From: Balanoglossus misakiensis
Lineage: Eukaryota > Animalia > Hemichordata
NCBI GenBank assembly: GCA_040954595.2
Contig: CM082588.2
Coordinates: 11,235,398-11,299,397 of the forward strand
DNA length: 64,000 bases
Direction of reading: 5' to 3'
A model generated the notes under the pieces. That model ran no database searches. It was not told where the DNA came from and worked only from the letters and a program-made list of their open reading frames with translations. The number at the start of each line of letters is the position of its first letter. Position 1 is the first letter of the stretch. This document shows, in pieces, positions 1 through 13,112 of this stretch. The position numbers and the translations under genes were made by a program.

Positions 1-124
1 CAATTTTGTCTTGAGTGGGGTCAATAAGACTGACATTTTTGGAATCAGCACCATTTTTTACATAGAATGGACCTCTCAAACCTTCCTTACCAAAAATTCT
101 GATTAACGGCATCTAGCTCCTGGA

Positions 125-209
125 CTAGGTCCCCTGCCCCATTCCCACTGCCATCGGCGCTACGCTCAAGGGCGCAGCCAGCGGTGGGAATGGGGCAGGG
201 AACAGACTA
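125..209. repeat. Short palindromic MITE-like element
   Basis: Arms CCCTGCCCCATTCCCAC and GTGGGAATGGGGCAGGG are exact reverse complements around a GC-rich spacer; ends in AGACTA. Confidence 0.6.
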
Positions 210-313
210 CTTCACTTGTGGAATAAAGTGCTCATTTCTTGTGTATCTGCATTTTGTCGATGTTATCGCTCCTCTGGCAGAGAAGCCAGGGTGCTAGCTG
301 TTGGCTTTAATAA

Positions 314-567
314 GGGACTGTTCAGAATTTACTTCCAGGGGGCGGAGAATTTTCAGAGGGGGGGGGGGACCACCCATTTTCTCCAAGACAAATTAGGGGA
401 GACTAGACATAAAAGTCACAATAGGGGGACCATGGAAAATCCCCAGGAAATTTAAGGGGGGACCACATATTTCCTCCACAATTTACTAGGGGAGACCATG
501 GGAAAAAATCACCAGGAAAATAAAAAATCCTCCATCCCCAACTTGGAAGTAAATTCTGAACAGTCCT
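314..567. mobile_element. PIF/Harbinger-like MITE
   Basis: TIRs GGACTGTTCAGAATTTACTTCCA and TGGAAGTAAATTCTGAACAGTCC; TAA precedes the left end; same terminus type as 54226-55048. Confidence 0.7.
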
Positions 568-2327
568 TCATGGTTGTTTGTTTGTTTGTTTGCCTGTTTG
601 TTTATTCGTATCTTTGTTTGTTTGTGTATTCTATCTCATTTAATATGATGCTTCTGTCACATTTGGCATTTACTGTCGCATAAACAATGACCGAACCGAC
701 TCGACTGCGTTTGGATGCACGATGGACTTAAGAGTGAATCCATCGGTGTTTACCGGCCAAAACAAAACCGTTTGATTTCTTTAACACTGTTGCAACAAGT
801 GAGACCCTAGTACATGTAGTATATAAATCAGAAGTCCGGTGCATGTTTGCCAGTGACACCTACCACAAAATGGTATCGCCCAAATAATGTTGGGCGCGCC
901 CGTGGAAGTTATAAGCCCGGCGCTTTTTCCTCATGATTAATAAAACAGTTAACACAACATTGGAAATTCAGCCAATTTGTCCCTGTTTTGTAGAAATAGT
1001 GCGAGCTATACATGGCGAAAAGTTTTTCAAAAAATAGATCAAAATGGGAATTCAAATTAGTGAATATTATTGGCACTTACAGAGTTTTAATTCAAAATAG
1101 AGGATTCATTCCAATGAATATGCAAGTCAAGAAGTCACATAGGGATCATGACAATGACCTATTGATCATGTCATGATGATTATGTACAAGAGAGAAGTAA
1201 AAAACTGGTTATTGCTTGAATTTCATGTTTCTTTTTAATCAGATGTAGTCAACAGTCTTTCAACAAGTCTATAACATGATTTTGAAATGATTTTCAAAAG
1301 TACACAATTCCATACGAAAATGTTACTTTAAGATTTGTAAATTTTTCTGTATATTTGAGTTCACGTGCATAGGCTGACTCAAACATTCTTTGCATCAACA
1401 TTTACCGTCCTTTCAAAAATCTTGCCTGTAGTCCAGGTTTTACATTTGCACTTAATAGCATTATAACACCATCATGTCATCCACATGTTACCCTCACAGC
1501 CAGTCACTGTGTGTATATTGTGATTCATGAAGTACATGTAGTGCTACATATTTTTTGTGGAGATGAGACACACACACACATAGCAACCGATAGACAGACT
1601 GCTTGATAATATGCTCTGACTGATCCCTAAAGCTGAAACTTGTATGTGTTTGTACATACAACACAAAGGAACTAAAAATAGGGCATTCACATAGGGACCA
1701 TTGAAAGTTTTCTGAAACATCTCAACTCAAACATTGACATAAAAAATACTTTGTGAACAATTAAAGTCTTCCTGGAACGTTTCAGATTTGAGACGGTTTT
1801 GCCAGCCAGACCTGATCCGGTGTAATGATTAACACCTCTTCGCAACCCATTGTCTATGGGGCCGAGCCTCGCAGTGCCTATACATAAACTTTGTGTGTGT
1901 GGACACAAACGACTCAAAGGATTAATGCTCTGTGTTTACCATAGGCAAATAGTGTCTCAAATTTTTCCCTGCCTGAACCTGGTATCTGAAATGTTTCTCA
2001 TTTTACCCAGTGTAAACATGGTGAAAGACAAAATGTCCTATACCTGTATAACATAGATCATAAATTTATAATACCAGGGTTTACTTGGTCTGATTGAAGC
2101 TCTGTAATTGGTTGAAGCAAGGGTTTTTATTACATATGTACCGTCGATTACTTGCACCGAGCGCGCGCGTAACATCGGTATTTGCACTCAGTGCAATACC
2201 AAAAACATTATGCTATACCTGTATGCAAATGAGTGGCCTGTTCACGAAACAAGCAATATCATTCCGCGGTCTCATTTCTTTCATTTTCGGTCTTTTTTTC
2301 AAAATGGGATGAACATATGTAATAAAA

Positions 2328-2520
2328 ACAGAACCCCATGGCTCAATCGTGCAAGCACGGCGTACCGGTAGTATTTGCACTCGTGCTGGCGGTGTATTCT
2401 TGCTGCCCCCCGCACGAGCGACAGCGAGTGCGGGGGACGGGCGCAAGAATACACCGCCAGACACTCGATGCAAATACTACCGTTACGCCGTGCTTGCACG
2501 ATCGAGCCATGGGGTTCTGT
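2328..2520. repeat. ~190-bp near-perfect GC-rich palindrome (non-autonomous element, family uncertain)
   Basis: ACAGAACCCCATGGCTCAATCGTGCAAGCACGGCGTA pairs with TACGCCGTGCTTGCACGATCGAGCCATGGGGTTCTGT; pairing continues almost to the centre (~2422). Confidence 0.8.
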
Positions 2521-3230
2521 CATAACATTCTCTACTAGAAGACCTGAACAGTAAATAACTGAAATAAAATACACAAAAGAGAATGCATCTGAATAGAACA
2601 CAATTTATTAACTTGGATTGGTCATGGGCATCAGGGCGCTCTACTTAAGAAATTCTAGAACATGTTTGTACAAGTGGCATTTTCATGAGCAGTGAGCAAC
2701 GAGGCCTTTCTGGCATGTAATACTTAAAATCCAAACATCAGATTTTTTATCACACAAAATCATATTATATATAATGACATTATAAATGGTGTGCGCTTAT
2801 ATTTGGTTACGGATTTAAAACCTCTTTGAGGAAAATTTTGCAGAGAGGTCTTGTATCTACAACCAAATAACCACTATGTTCATATCATTCAGATTGCTCA
2901 GTACTATCAGCGAGTTCACCAGTGGTTTCCAGAAATCTATAGGCTAAACATATGCCATTTTCATTGTGCCTCCCCCCATCTATTTCAATACAATAAATAA
3001 TGGCTGGCTTGATTTTTCACCAGGACTTTTCAACAATAGTTTTTGTTAAGATATAGACAACATTCCAGATGTGTATGAAAACTCGAGGAAAATAATAACA
3101 TTTGACCTGTCATCAGTTGTGAATTAATTAAATATTTTCATAAACTACACATTATAATCAAATTTAAACTCGTATGTAATGAATAATCGTCTCAACATAA
3201 GAGCTGCTAAGGCTAGACTCAACAGCACTA

Positions 3231-3718
3231 TCAACACGAAAGAATTACTATTTTCTTGCTGACGTATCTGGCGATTATTCTGATTTGATAGTGTGTCGTT
3301 TCTTCTTCTGGGTTGCTCATACCCTTGCTGGCTGACATTTCTTTGTCGTATGTTTGTCTCTGTGGTAGCATTGTCATTGGCATTTCTCTGGGGGTGTTTT
3401 CTGTGTTGGCAGTTGCAGGTTCTGGTGCTAGGGGAGTGTTGACATCTGCCTGGGGTGTTGCATCGGCTGGCGGTTGAACAGTGTTGTCGTTGTTCGATGC
3501 CGCATCTCTGTGTCGTGGCGGCTGTCCGGCTCCTGCAAACGCAGCGTACTGAGACACGAATGGGTTCGGGTATGACATCTGCTGGAAGTGTTGCTGGTAT
3601 GCTGCGGCTGGATAGGGTGGGGGTTGTGGTTCGCAGAAGCTACAGGCTGGGGTGTGTTTGTGCTTGTGCTTGTTGTGGCAGTATCAGCAGAGGTTGCTAT
3701 GCTTTTCTTTGTCTCTTC
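3231..3718 (-). pseudogene. Isolated Pro/Thr/Gln/Ala-rich exon-like segment, product unknown
   Basis: Minus-strand polypyrimidine acceptor TTTTTATCCTCCACAG before 3718, then low-complexity coding-like frames (EETKKSIATSADTATT, then PPYPAAAYQQHFQQMSYPNPF after a frame change). No recognisable domain. Confidence 0.3.
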
Positions 3719-4019
3719 CTGTGGAGGATAAAAAGAACACAGTGTTTTTGCAAAGGTCGGGGAACACTGGTAATGGATTTGGGAACCCCGTTAATATTCC
3801 TATAACCTCCTAATATAACCACATTGATACACCCAGGGGAACCCCGGTAAAATGACTGGGGAACTCTGGTAGACTGCCTGACCACTGTGACATTGGCCTT
3901 GTTCTGTTGTTTTAATTCGGAGTGACTGGGGTACTCCGGTAGATTTTATCTAGGTACCGCCCTTAACAAAAACACTAGAACAGAATCACAATTTGGAAGG
4001 CATGAGAGGCAAATACCAT

Positions 4020-4330
4020 TTAAGGATGTACACGCACAACATAAACTGATAAACAGTGCATGTGTGTCTGTTCCTGAAAGGATTACATCGATAATTGCCA
4101 GAAAACAAACTTCTACTATTGTCTTTTTCACGAAATTTTACACATAGCTCAGTCAAGTAAACGTAAATTCATTGGTCAAAAAAAATTATGTGGTCACCAA
4201 GCTCTATTATGAGATAAATTGCGTTAAAATCTTCGCCCATAGACAAACCATTGGTGAAAAATGCTGAGACAGCAAATTTCTTCTATTATCAACTAAATTC
4301 ATGGCTCTGTATTTTTTTTAAAAAGGGCAA
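4020..4330. mobile_element. Fragment of TTAA-GG-terminated DNA transposon family (related copy inverted at ~18422-18800)
   Basis: Both begin TTAAGGATGTAC; 4100-4280 (ACTTCTACTATTGTC...CCATAGACAAACCATTGGT) is the reverse complement of 18590-18730. Confidence 0.55.
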
Positions 4331-4996
4331 TGACCCCTACAATTTTTAACGAATTCTCATTATACATACACAGCATAATCCAACAATCCACAATTAAAAG
4401 AATGACAATACTTTCAACGTGTATAATACCAGCATACACCTGTTTCAAGTCCAGTGTCCTAATACACCATCATCATGAATTGGAACTCAAAGCAAGGCCA
4501 ATGAGCAAACCCAGATTGACAACTCATTACACCAGCAAAGTGGTTTCTTTATGGAAGTGGTGGTACCAATAAATACTTTATTCAAGGTAAGAATTTCTTA
4601 TTGTAGCAGTATTTTCATTTCCATTCATGTTTTAAAGGCCTTTTTTGTAGATTCTGAGTTTCTATGCCAGACAAAGTATGATTATTTTTCCACTAATGCA
4701 GCCTGAATTAAAGTCAACATTTTTCACCATAGGTCTTTCTATGTTATTTTTCTATAGGCATGGACACATTTAAGTTTATCTCAAAACTGAGCACAGTGGT
4801 GAGCCTACAACTTATATGAATCACTCAATTTAATTTCATTTGGATGAGTTATGAGTGAAACTTCTTAAAATTACAATAGTAGAAAAGGGTTTTCTATCAA
4901 TTCTTAATGTTATCCTATGGGAAGAAACACATTCCATGAGCTCATACATGTAGTGTGTGCCATTCTTAACCCTTTCAGTATTATATGAATCAGATA

Positions 4997-5133
4997 TAGA
5001 AGCTTGTTCAACGTCCCGTTGCGGCCAAGCCAATCAGATTGCACGTTATGTCAATCAAAACTGAAGGATACCTAAAGTTCTCTATAAGGCACCGTCTGAT
5101 TGGTTTACTAGAGTTTTCAACGGGAGCTTCTAT
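4997..5133. repeat. Small imperfect palindromic element
   Basis: ATAGAAGCT...AGCTTCTAT termini and an internal CCAATCAGA / TCTGATTGG pair. Confidence 0.45.
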
Positions 5134-6052
5134 GGGAGTTGGTCAGATGTAGTGTGAGGCGACAGTACAAGAATACCGTACTGCGAAGTAAAAGACGTCG
5201 CCGTACCCTACATCTGATTTTAATCAGATTGTATGCACACATAAGCTGGTTTAGAATACTGATAAACCCTGATGAAACAATCTCAGTAAAATATATACAG
5301 ATGAGAATGAGAATGCAGTTAAAGTTAAATATACATTCGTTGTATCTTTTGGCTTTATTTCCAGTATTTTTGTTCTATGTAGCAAATGCGATTTCATGTT
5401 CTACTCCACACAGATTGTTACTTGTCAGCACAGAATGTATGTGTATAATGGCCATTGTCATTGTTGACAATAATTCATGGATTCTAGTCTGGACTTAAAT
5501 TCCAATTTGGCACAATAACAATGCTGACCATACACATATATGTTTCATCATGTTTCGGGAATTTGCACAAGAAACTGCTAAACAAAGATACTGAAAACAT
5601 AGGGAAAAGGTAAAGGTAATGGAGCTTTAATTACAATTCACACTGTATACAAAATCCATGTAAAAATTCAAAATACTGGATTTGTCAGCTTCAACTGATA
5701 TGGGGGTCACACAAGAAATTGCTAAAACGTCTCAGATCAAATACTGGCATAAATTATTATTGGTGAATGGTTTAAGTGGTCCTGAATCTTCTCAGATTTG
5801 AGACACGTCTCTTACCAGGTTCACACAGGGTAAAATTTGAGACACTATTAGTCTATGGTAAACACAGAGCGTTAATACTTTGGGGGGGGGGGGGGGGGTT
5901 AGCTGGGCAGGCCCGCCCTCCTTTATTTTTTGCCACCCTGCTATCTTACGCGCCGCCCTGCTTTCTTTTCATTCCCGCCTTGGTAAATATTTATTGTTTC
6001 TGGTGCACGCTCCCGCATGCGGCTGGCATTTGAGAGAATGATATTTATTCAG

Positions 6053-7149
6053 TTTAGGGATGTTTTGTCGCCTTTGTACAAAACACAAGCAGAAGGCCAA
6101 GTGCGGAGGGACTTGGGTTACAACATCTCCATGTACATGTACCACCCTTCGCGAAGACAAACTCAAGCAGCATGAAGAGACGATTATCGACCGGGCGGCA
6201 ATGCAGCTTGACGCCGAGGCAGCAGTTATCGAGAACAGCAGCGGTCTTGTGGCTGCATTTGACAAGGTCATCACCTTTGAGACGCAAGCCTTCATGCATC
6301 GGCGTCCTACGATGCATGTATTTTCTCATGCACAGAGAATTGCCGCACACCACCAACTTCATCCATGTTTTGGAATTGGCAAAGTCCCTCGGGTGTTCAT
6401 TCCTTGGTACTCTCAGCAGTGATGACCACAACTATAATGGTTTATTGCATTGGTAAGTAGGTCTACTGATTTTTGTGCAGATCTAAATTGTAGGCAATGT
6501 AGTAACATTTATTTAAACCTGGTTGTTTTCAAGAAAGGATCACTGTTTAAGCAATAGTGTTACACTCAATAAAGAATAATTACTGTACAAATTACTGTGA
6601 ATTTTGATAAGTTTAATCTGAAGAGTAATTTTCATTTATTTCATTTTTCAGGCAAAGTCATCCGTGATGAGATTTTAGAGAAGATGAAAGGAAGTAACTT
6701 CTATTCACTGTTAATAGATGAAAACAACTAATGTGGCTGTATTGAAGCAATTAATCATCTATTCCAAGTACACCTTGAAGTCTGGGAAGTCAGTTGTGTC
6801 TTTCCTTGGAGTTAAAGAAGTAAGTGGAAAGTTTTTCAATTTTTAAGTCTACACTGAATTAAAAACATACGATTAAACATGTTTTTGAGTGACCTCATTT
6901 AATTGATTTTGCTGACTAGTTATTTCAGGTGAGACAAACATTGAGTTGTACATTGCATGTGTTAACATCAAGGTTTTATTTTCACTGTTTTAGGTTGGTG
7001 ATGGCAGAGCAGACACCATTGCACAGTCAGTGAAAGAGTTTTCTTCAGAGAATGGTATTGTCTTAAGAGATCGTCTGTCTGCTTTGGGCAGTGATGGTGC
7101 TCCTGTTATGCTAGGACAGAAAGGAGGGGTGGCTACCAAACTAAAAGAA
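6053..7149 (+). pseudogene. hAT-superfamily transposase remnant (ZNF862-like), 3 exons: 6053-6452, 6652-6819, 6994-7149
   Basis: Exon 1: TTF-type Zn finger MFCRLCTKH...W...C...H and YFLMHRELPHTTNF. Exon 2: KVIRDEILEKMKGSNFYSLLIDE(TT)NVAVLKQLIIY (first catalytic Asp). Exon 3: LSALGSDGAPVMLGQKGGVATKLKE (second Asp). GT-AG introns with compatible phases; frameshifts near 6295 and 6722; C-terminal half absent. Confidence 0.85.
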
Positions 7150-7239
7150 GTGAGTGAAATTTTGAGTTGTGAAGACATTGTGATTTTGTAAGTTTTTAGT
7201 TGGTGTCTTTATATCGTGACAATAATAATAGTAATAATT

Positions 7240-9521
7240 AAAGCTACAAGCAGCATTGAATGGGCCCAAGCATAGAGATAATAACCATTAGACTCCATTC
7301 AGGGTTGTACCATTCAATTGCGTAGGCTGTATTTGCTCTGGATGTGGAGATATGGGGAAGTAGGCAACCACCCGAAATGGATGTCCTACAAGTACAAACA
7401 CAACAACCACAAGTGAACTTCTACGTTATGTAAGGACTTCAGTTAAGTACTTCAAAGGTCAGCTGAGGGTACCCAAAAATTGGGCCAAAAATTTGGATTC
7501 CTATTTGGTTCATATTCAAGACAACGGAAAATTCTCGCCCTTTGGGTTTTTAAAATTAGGTATGGCCATAATAATGAGTTACGCAAGTAAGTTACAGGTG
7601 GCCCTAGGAATTTAGCATTTCATGACGGTCCTACCCTACCCCTCCAAACACGTGGCTATATATGATGTGCATGCTAACATATGGAAAGCAGGTCAATGGA
7701 CACCTGAGGTCATTCAAAAATTTGACAGAAAAATTTCATTCCTGTTTATGTCTTGTGCAACAAATCCTACATTTGCAGCCCTTTCACTTTGCCTAACATT
7801 AGGTATGCACGTAATACATGAATCAAGCAGGTGTCAAAGGTATCCCCCTGTATTTGGCATTTCATGATAGTTTCATCCCTCCAAATACCAAAGATGCACC
7901 TGTACAACGGGATGAGATATGGCACTCTATGACAGAGGTCATCCAAATCACCTTATACATCAATCAATCAATCAATCAGAGAAATTTGTATAGCGCCAGT
8001 ATCTATAACAAGTGTCATACTCAAAGGCGCTTGTGCTCATTGGCCCACACCATATGCTCTTGCGAAATAATGCGTCTTCAGTCTTTTCTTAAAGATACTC
8101 AAACTTGGAGCTTGACGAATGTTCCACAGTTTCGTTGCAGCATGAGAGAATGCTCGGCCACCGTATGAAGAACGTTTGTACATTGTAGTGCATAAAAGGC
8201 TCTTATTAGCTGAACGAAGCCTGCGACCAGGAGAATATGTCCGAATGAGATCGCGGATATAGTTCGGAGCGAGATTATTTAAGGCTTTGTATGTGAGCAG
8301 ATTTATTTTATACTCTATCCTGTGGCGAACTGGTAACCAATGAAGAAGTTGAAGAACTGGCGTTATATGGGCAGACTTCCTGGACCGAGTTATGATTCTT
8401 GCAGCTGTATTTTGTGTGCGTTGTAGAAGGTTCAGACTGCGTTCTGGTATACCATACAGTAATGCATTACCATAGTCGAGTTTCGCTGCCAAAATAGCAT
8501 GAATCACTGTTTGACATGTTGCTTTGTTAAGAAATTTCCTGATTTGTCCGACACGGCGAAAGTGGTAATATATTGATTGACAAGTTTTCTTGATGTGATC
8601 TTTATACATGTGCGTATTGTCAAATATTACACCAATATTGCGAGCTGATTTAACGACGGGAACAGAGCTTGAACCAATGGTAATCTTGTCAATAGCATCA
8701 GCAGAGTGATGAAATTGTGAACGAATAAGTAGAATCTCAGTTTTTGGAGTCGTTGAGTTGAAGCTTGTTTTGGGTCATCCAGTCCTTAAGATCACGGATA
8801 CAGGCCTCAATGGACATTTGGGCAAAAACCAACTGACACTTACATTCGTCCCTGTGGAACAAAAACCACACCTATCGCCCTGTTGGTTAGTGTCTAATTA
8901 AATGTACAAAATCAATGACTTAGGCAGGTGCAACAGACGACCCCGCCTTTGGTATATCATTATGGTCCCATCCGTATATGCCCCCCCCCCCCCTCCCAAG
9001 CCAAAGCTGCATGCATCTGCTGTGGATGCTCACTAAGCAAAAGTAGGTGAAAGGTCACATAAGGTCGCCCACAACTTGACGGGAAAATCGGACTTCATAT
9101 TGATCCATGTGCAACAAATAGCACGCTACCACCCCTTTCATTGACCCCACAATTACGCATGCACATAATTATTGAGTTATGCAGGTGTCACAGGTGACAC
9201 CCGAATCGGGTGTATTATTTTAGTCCCATACAGCTGCATGTAGCTGCGTGCCGTTACGGGCGACCTGATAACCCACACGGCCACCTGCGGGCCGACCCCC
9301 ATACTGAACGTCCAGTTGCAACATCAGGACTGAAGTAGGAACTTTTGAACGGCAACGAAGCCTGATCTCTGATTATTGCTGGTACCATACTCCTGTCGTG
9401 CAAGAAAATCACTGGTCTGCTGACGTATTTCAGCCAATTTCCCAAACTACTATCCACTACATGTGACTACAATGCTAATGAAACCTCCCACAACATTAGC
9501 GACTTAGGGTCAAAGTCCACT
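7240..9521. mobile_element. Non-autonomous interspersed repeat, possibly Helentron-like; hosts the L2 insertion
   Basis: Begins AAAGCTACAAGCAGC...GGGCCCAAGC after an (AAT)n run; 9395-9521 is homologous to 16836-16963. Family assignment is from resemblance only. Confidence 0.4.
7959..8850 (-). mobile_element. 5'-truncated L2/CR1-group LINE (RT C-terminus, 3' UTR and microsatellite tail)
   Basis: ORF 8037-8609 has KLDYGNALLYGIP and HITPVLQLLHWLPVRHRIEYKI; upstream WMTQNKLQLNDSK(T)E; 3' UTR AAGCGCC...GGCGCTATACAAAT followed by (TGAT)n at 7959-7978. Confidence 0.9.
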
Positions 9522-10145
9522 GTTTTAAATTTTTTCATCGGTTTTACTTTAAAGGATGCCCACAAACTGCAACAGTAAATATTACTACAATATGCCAAAA
9601 ATAAAACTTTCTTCACATCTTGACTAAAATGTTGAAAATGTCTCAATAGCATGTTTGCTCTAACACAAAATGCTCTTCTCTGTCGTTCAATATCTTCATT
9701 ATCACAACCCTCACAAGATATAACATGGCCCAGATAGGTGTGTACAGGTACAAACTTTAAAGTGATGTCATTAAGTTTAACCGAAGGAATTCTTTGAACG
9801 CTCATATTCTTCCCATTAAAAAGCATGCACACAGTTTTACTAGAATTATAAATTATATCATAATCCTTGCCATAAATTTCACAAATTCTAAGAAGACGGT
9901 GTAGACCCTTAATACTTGGACTGAGTAGAGTCATGTCGTCAGCGTAACCTAAAGTGTTAGCGCTGACACCACACATGGTACAGCCAACTTTGGCTTTACA
10001 GAGTGCATTGATAAGATCATCAATGTAGACATTAAAAAGATAGGGAGAGAGTACTCCCCCTTGTCTTACACCGTTAGAAACAGAAAACAACTCTGAGGTT
10101 TCATTACCCCACAACACAGTAAACAATTGATTTCTGTACCATTAA

Positions 10146-10721
10146 AGGTCACATGTCATGCTTTGGAAAGTTTTCATTTTTCCACGTCAAAAGCTCACCT
10201 AGGGTACCTGTCTATGCATTGCCTATTGTGTCGGTTCCGAAAAATGTGCACGAATGCCGGAATTTGCCACCTTTTTTCATGCCTGTGATCGGGGAGCCAC
10301 TTCGCACTCGAGCCAGGCGAAGGTATTTGCATATGGACAAACAAGTACACTATGTCGTAGTGTACCATTCTGTTTACAGTAAAGTGTAATTATCGGTCCA
10401 TGAGTAATTAAGTCCACAGACAAAGATAAGCTATATAAACAGTGTTCAAAGCAAAGGAAGCCCTTGCCTCACATTGCAGGCAGAGGATTTACAAAGGTGT
10501 GAAAGACTATTTGTCCACATCAAGATAAGTCTTCGGCTTAACTTCGAAAAGCCAAAAAAAATCGACTGAGTTGGGTTAGGGGTACACGCCCACCCGCCAC
10601 TTTTACTTGCTTGTTATCTAAGCACAAGGGGCAAAACGCATTGCAAGATAGTAACATACGTTAACTTCAAGACCCAAATAGTGATTTTACGCGTGGTTGT
10701 ATAGGGCATGGCATGGGACCT
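10146..10721. mobile_element. Kolobok-like non-autonomous DNA transposon inserted in the LINE RT
   Basis: TTAA duplicated at 10142-10145 and 10722-10725; TIR AGGTCACATGTCATGC / GCATGGCATGGGACCT; removal rejoins RT as VRILY*WYRNQLFTV. Confidence 0.85.
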
Positions 10722-12105
10722 TTAATATAAAATTCGTACAGCATACAAGGGAACATTCCTGTCGATGAGCTTGTTAATCAGTTTAAAGTGATTAACTCTG
10801 TCAAAAGCTTTTGAAGCATCCAGAAAACAAGTAAACACTGGTCTTCCATTGCTGGTGTAGTAGCTAATGATTTCTTTAAATGCAAATAAACACAGGTCAG
10901 TTGAATGTTCTCGCTTGAAACCAAATTGTAAATAATGAGAGATAAGAAACTCCTCACAACGAGAAAGTAAAATAGGCTCAAAAACTTTAGAGAAAACAGT
11001 TGCTAGTGCTATCGGCCGGTAGTTACTGGCATCACTACAAAGCTTAGTTTTATCCTTAATTGGAACTAAAATAACTTTGATAGCCTCAGTTTGCAGGTAA
11101 CCATGAACAATCAAGTCAAAATGGGTAAAATAGAGGAGTCTGAGAATTTGAGGTGCTCAGCTGAAATATTGTCAATGCCAGCTGTCTTATCGTCAGGTAA
11201 CTTATGTATAGCAGAAATTACTTCTTCTTCAGAAACATACATATCAGAAGAAAATTTAACATACTTCATTTTCTCCTCGATGTCATTTTTACCAGTCTGA
11301 GCCTGGACAGAATTCAAAATATCACTGAAATGCTTGTGCCACATAATTGCAATTTCACTCTCACCAGTCGCTCCACCTACAGTGTCAGAAAGCGGCATTT
11401 TTCTGCTAGTTTGCTTTCTGACTTCCTTCCAGAAGTCGTTCTGTTTGTGGCAGCGTAAATTGTCAGCCATCTTGTCAGCCCTATTTTGATTCTCAATCTT
11501 TTTACAAGCACGTAAAGCATACTTAAAACGAGCTCTGGAAGATTTCATGGTTTCAAAAAGCGGGCCTTGTTAAGGTTTACCCCCATTAACCCATAATAAA
11601 AACATGGAACGGGCATAGTCGTGACTTTCTTTTACAAAATCGTTCCAGCCAGGCACAACATGAACTTTCTGGTGAAACTTACGCCTAATGGTATCTTTTG
11701 CAGCACAATTCAATGCGTCCACAACACTACTATAACAAGTATCAATTGCCTGTAAATGCGAAGGGTATGTACAGTTCACATTAGTGCAGAATAACTCTTC
11801 GGATATATTAATCTAACAGTATAGAAAACATTTTCCAATTTCCGAAAAGTAGCCGTTTTTTAAACTTTTTTCAAGGAAATTAGTGTTTTGTTCACGATAC
11901 AATGAATTTCGATATTTTTCTATGATTATTTTCAAGATGTTTGCCAGTGTGCAGAAAGAAAGTAATAAACTGTGAAATTTCCATAGAAATAATGAAGGAG
12001 CCATCTTTGGGTTGTATGGATTTGAATATTTCATTGGAAAAAACTAATAACTAAATTATGAATTCAATTAATAGTACAATTTGCAAAAATTGCTAGTCAC
12101 TCCAG

Positions 12106-12657
12106 AAGGGTCAGTGCTTGGAAATGTGAGAGCCTGGAAATTTCCAAACACTGACAAGGGTCAGTGGTCGGAAATTTCCAGACACTCAGGGAATGTGAAA
12201 GCCTGGAAATTTCCAAGCACTGACAAGGGTCAATGGTCGGAAATTTCCAGACACTCAGGGAATAGGAGAGCCTGGAAATTTCCAAGCACTGACAAGGGTC
12301 AGTGGTCGGAAATTTCCAGACACTCAGGGAATGTGAGAGCTTAGAAATTTCCAAGCACTGACAAGGGTCAGTGGTCGGAAATTTCCAGACACTCAGGGAA
12401 TGTGAGAGCCTGGAAATTTCCAAGCACTGACAAGGGTCAGTGGTCGGAAATTTCCAGACACTCAGGGAATGTGAGAGCTTAGAAATTTCCAAGCACTGAC
12501 AAGGGTCAGTGGTCGGAAATTTCCAGACACTCAGGGAATGTGAGAGCCTAGAAATTTCCAAGCACTGACAGGGTTAGTGGCCGGAAATATCCAGACACTC
12601 GGGGAATGTGAGAGCCTGGAAATTTCCAAGCATTGACAGGGTCAGTGCTTGGAAATC
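12106..12657 (+). repeat. 69-bp minisatellite, ~8 units, inverted relative to the two downstream arrays
   Basis: Unit GGTCAGTGGTCGGAAATTTCCAGACACTCAGGGAATGTGAGAGCCTGGAAATTTCCAAGCACTGACAAG; gives 23-aa periodicity in the ORF track. Confidence 0.95.
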
Positions 12658-13112
12658 TTGAGTTTCTCTATCATGTTTCAAATTATGGCCTTTAGGAAAA
12701 CGATCTGTTGAGGAACTTCGCCTGTGTTTATATCTTCAACCCTACGGATGAGTTTGGTCATTTGACTGCGGTGGCCTCTTTTGCTGTTTTTCTCTCTCTC
12801 TCTCTCCATGCCCGACATCCTGGTCTCGGCACCAACAAATGTACCGCGTACACTTGGGAATAGGTTCGGAATGAAGAGAGAGGGGCGAGATGGCCAATAC
12901 TTCTTTATATACAGTGGTTTGAACTGTGACATTTGGTAACACTGCATAATTCAAGAACAATAGCATTTGGTAGTTGTGAAGTTGTGACTTTGTATACAGA
13001 GTAGAAAGAACAATTATGTCAGATAAACAATACCAATTCCCAATAAACAACTAGTGTATGGGCTAACTCAGAGGAGTTGGTAGGCGAAGCCTGTCATGAA
13101 CATTGTGACGCT

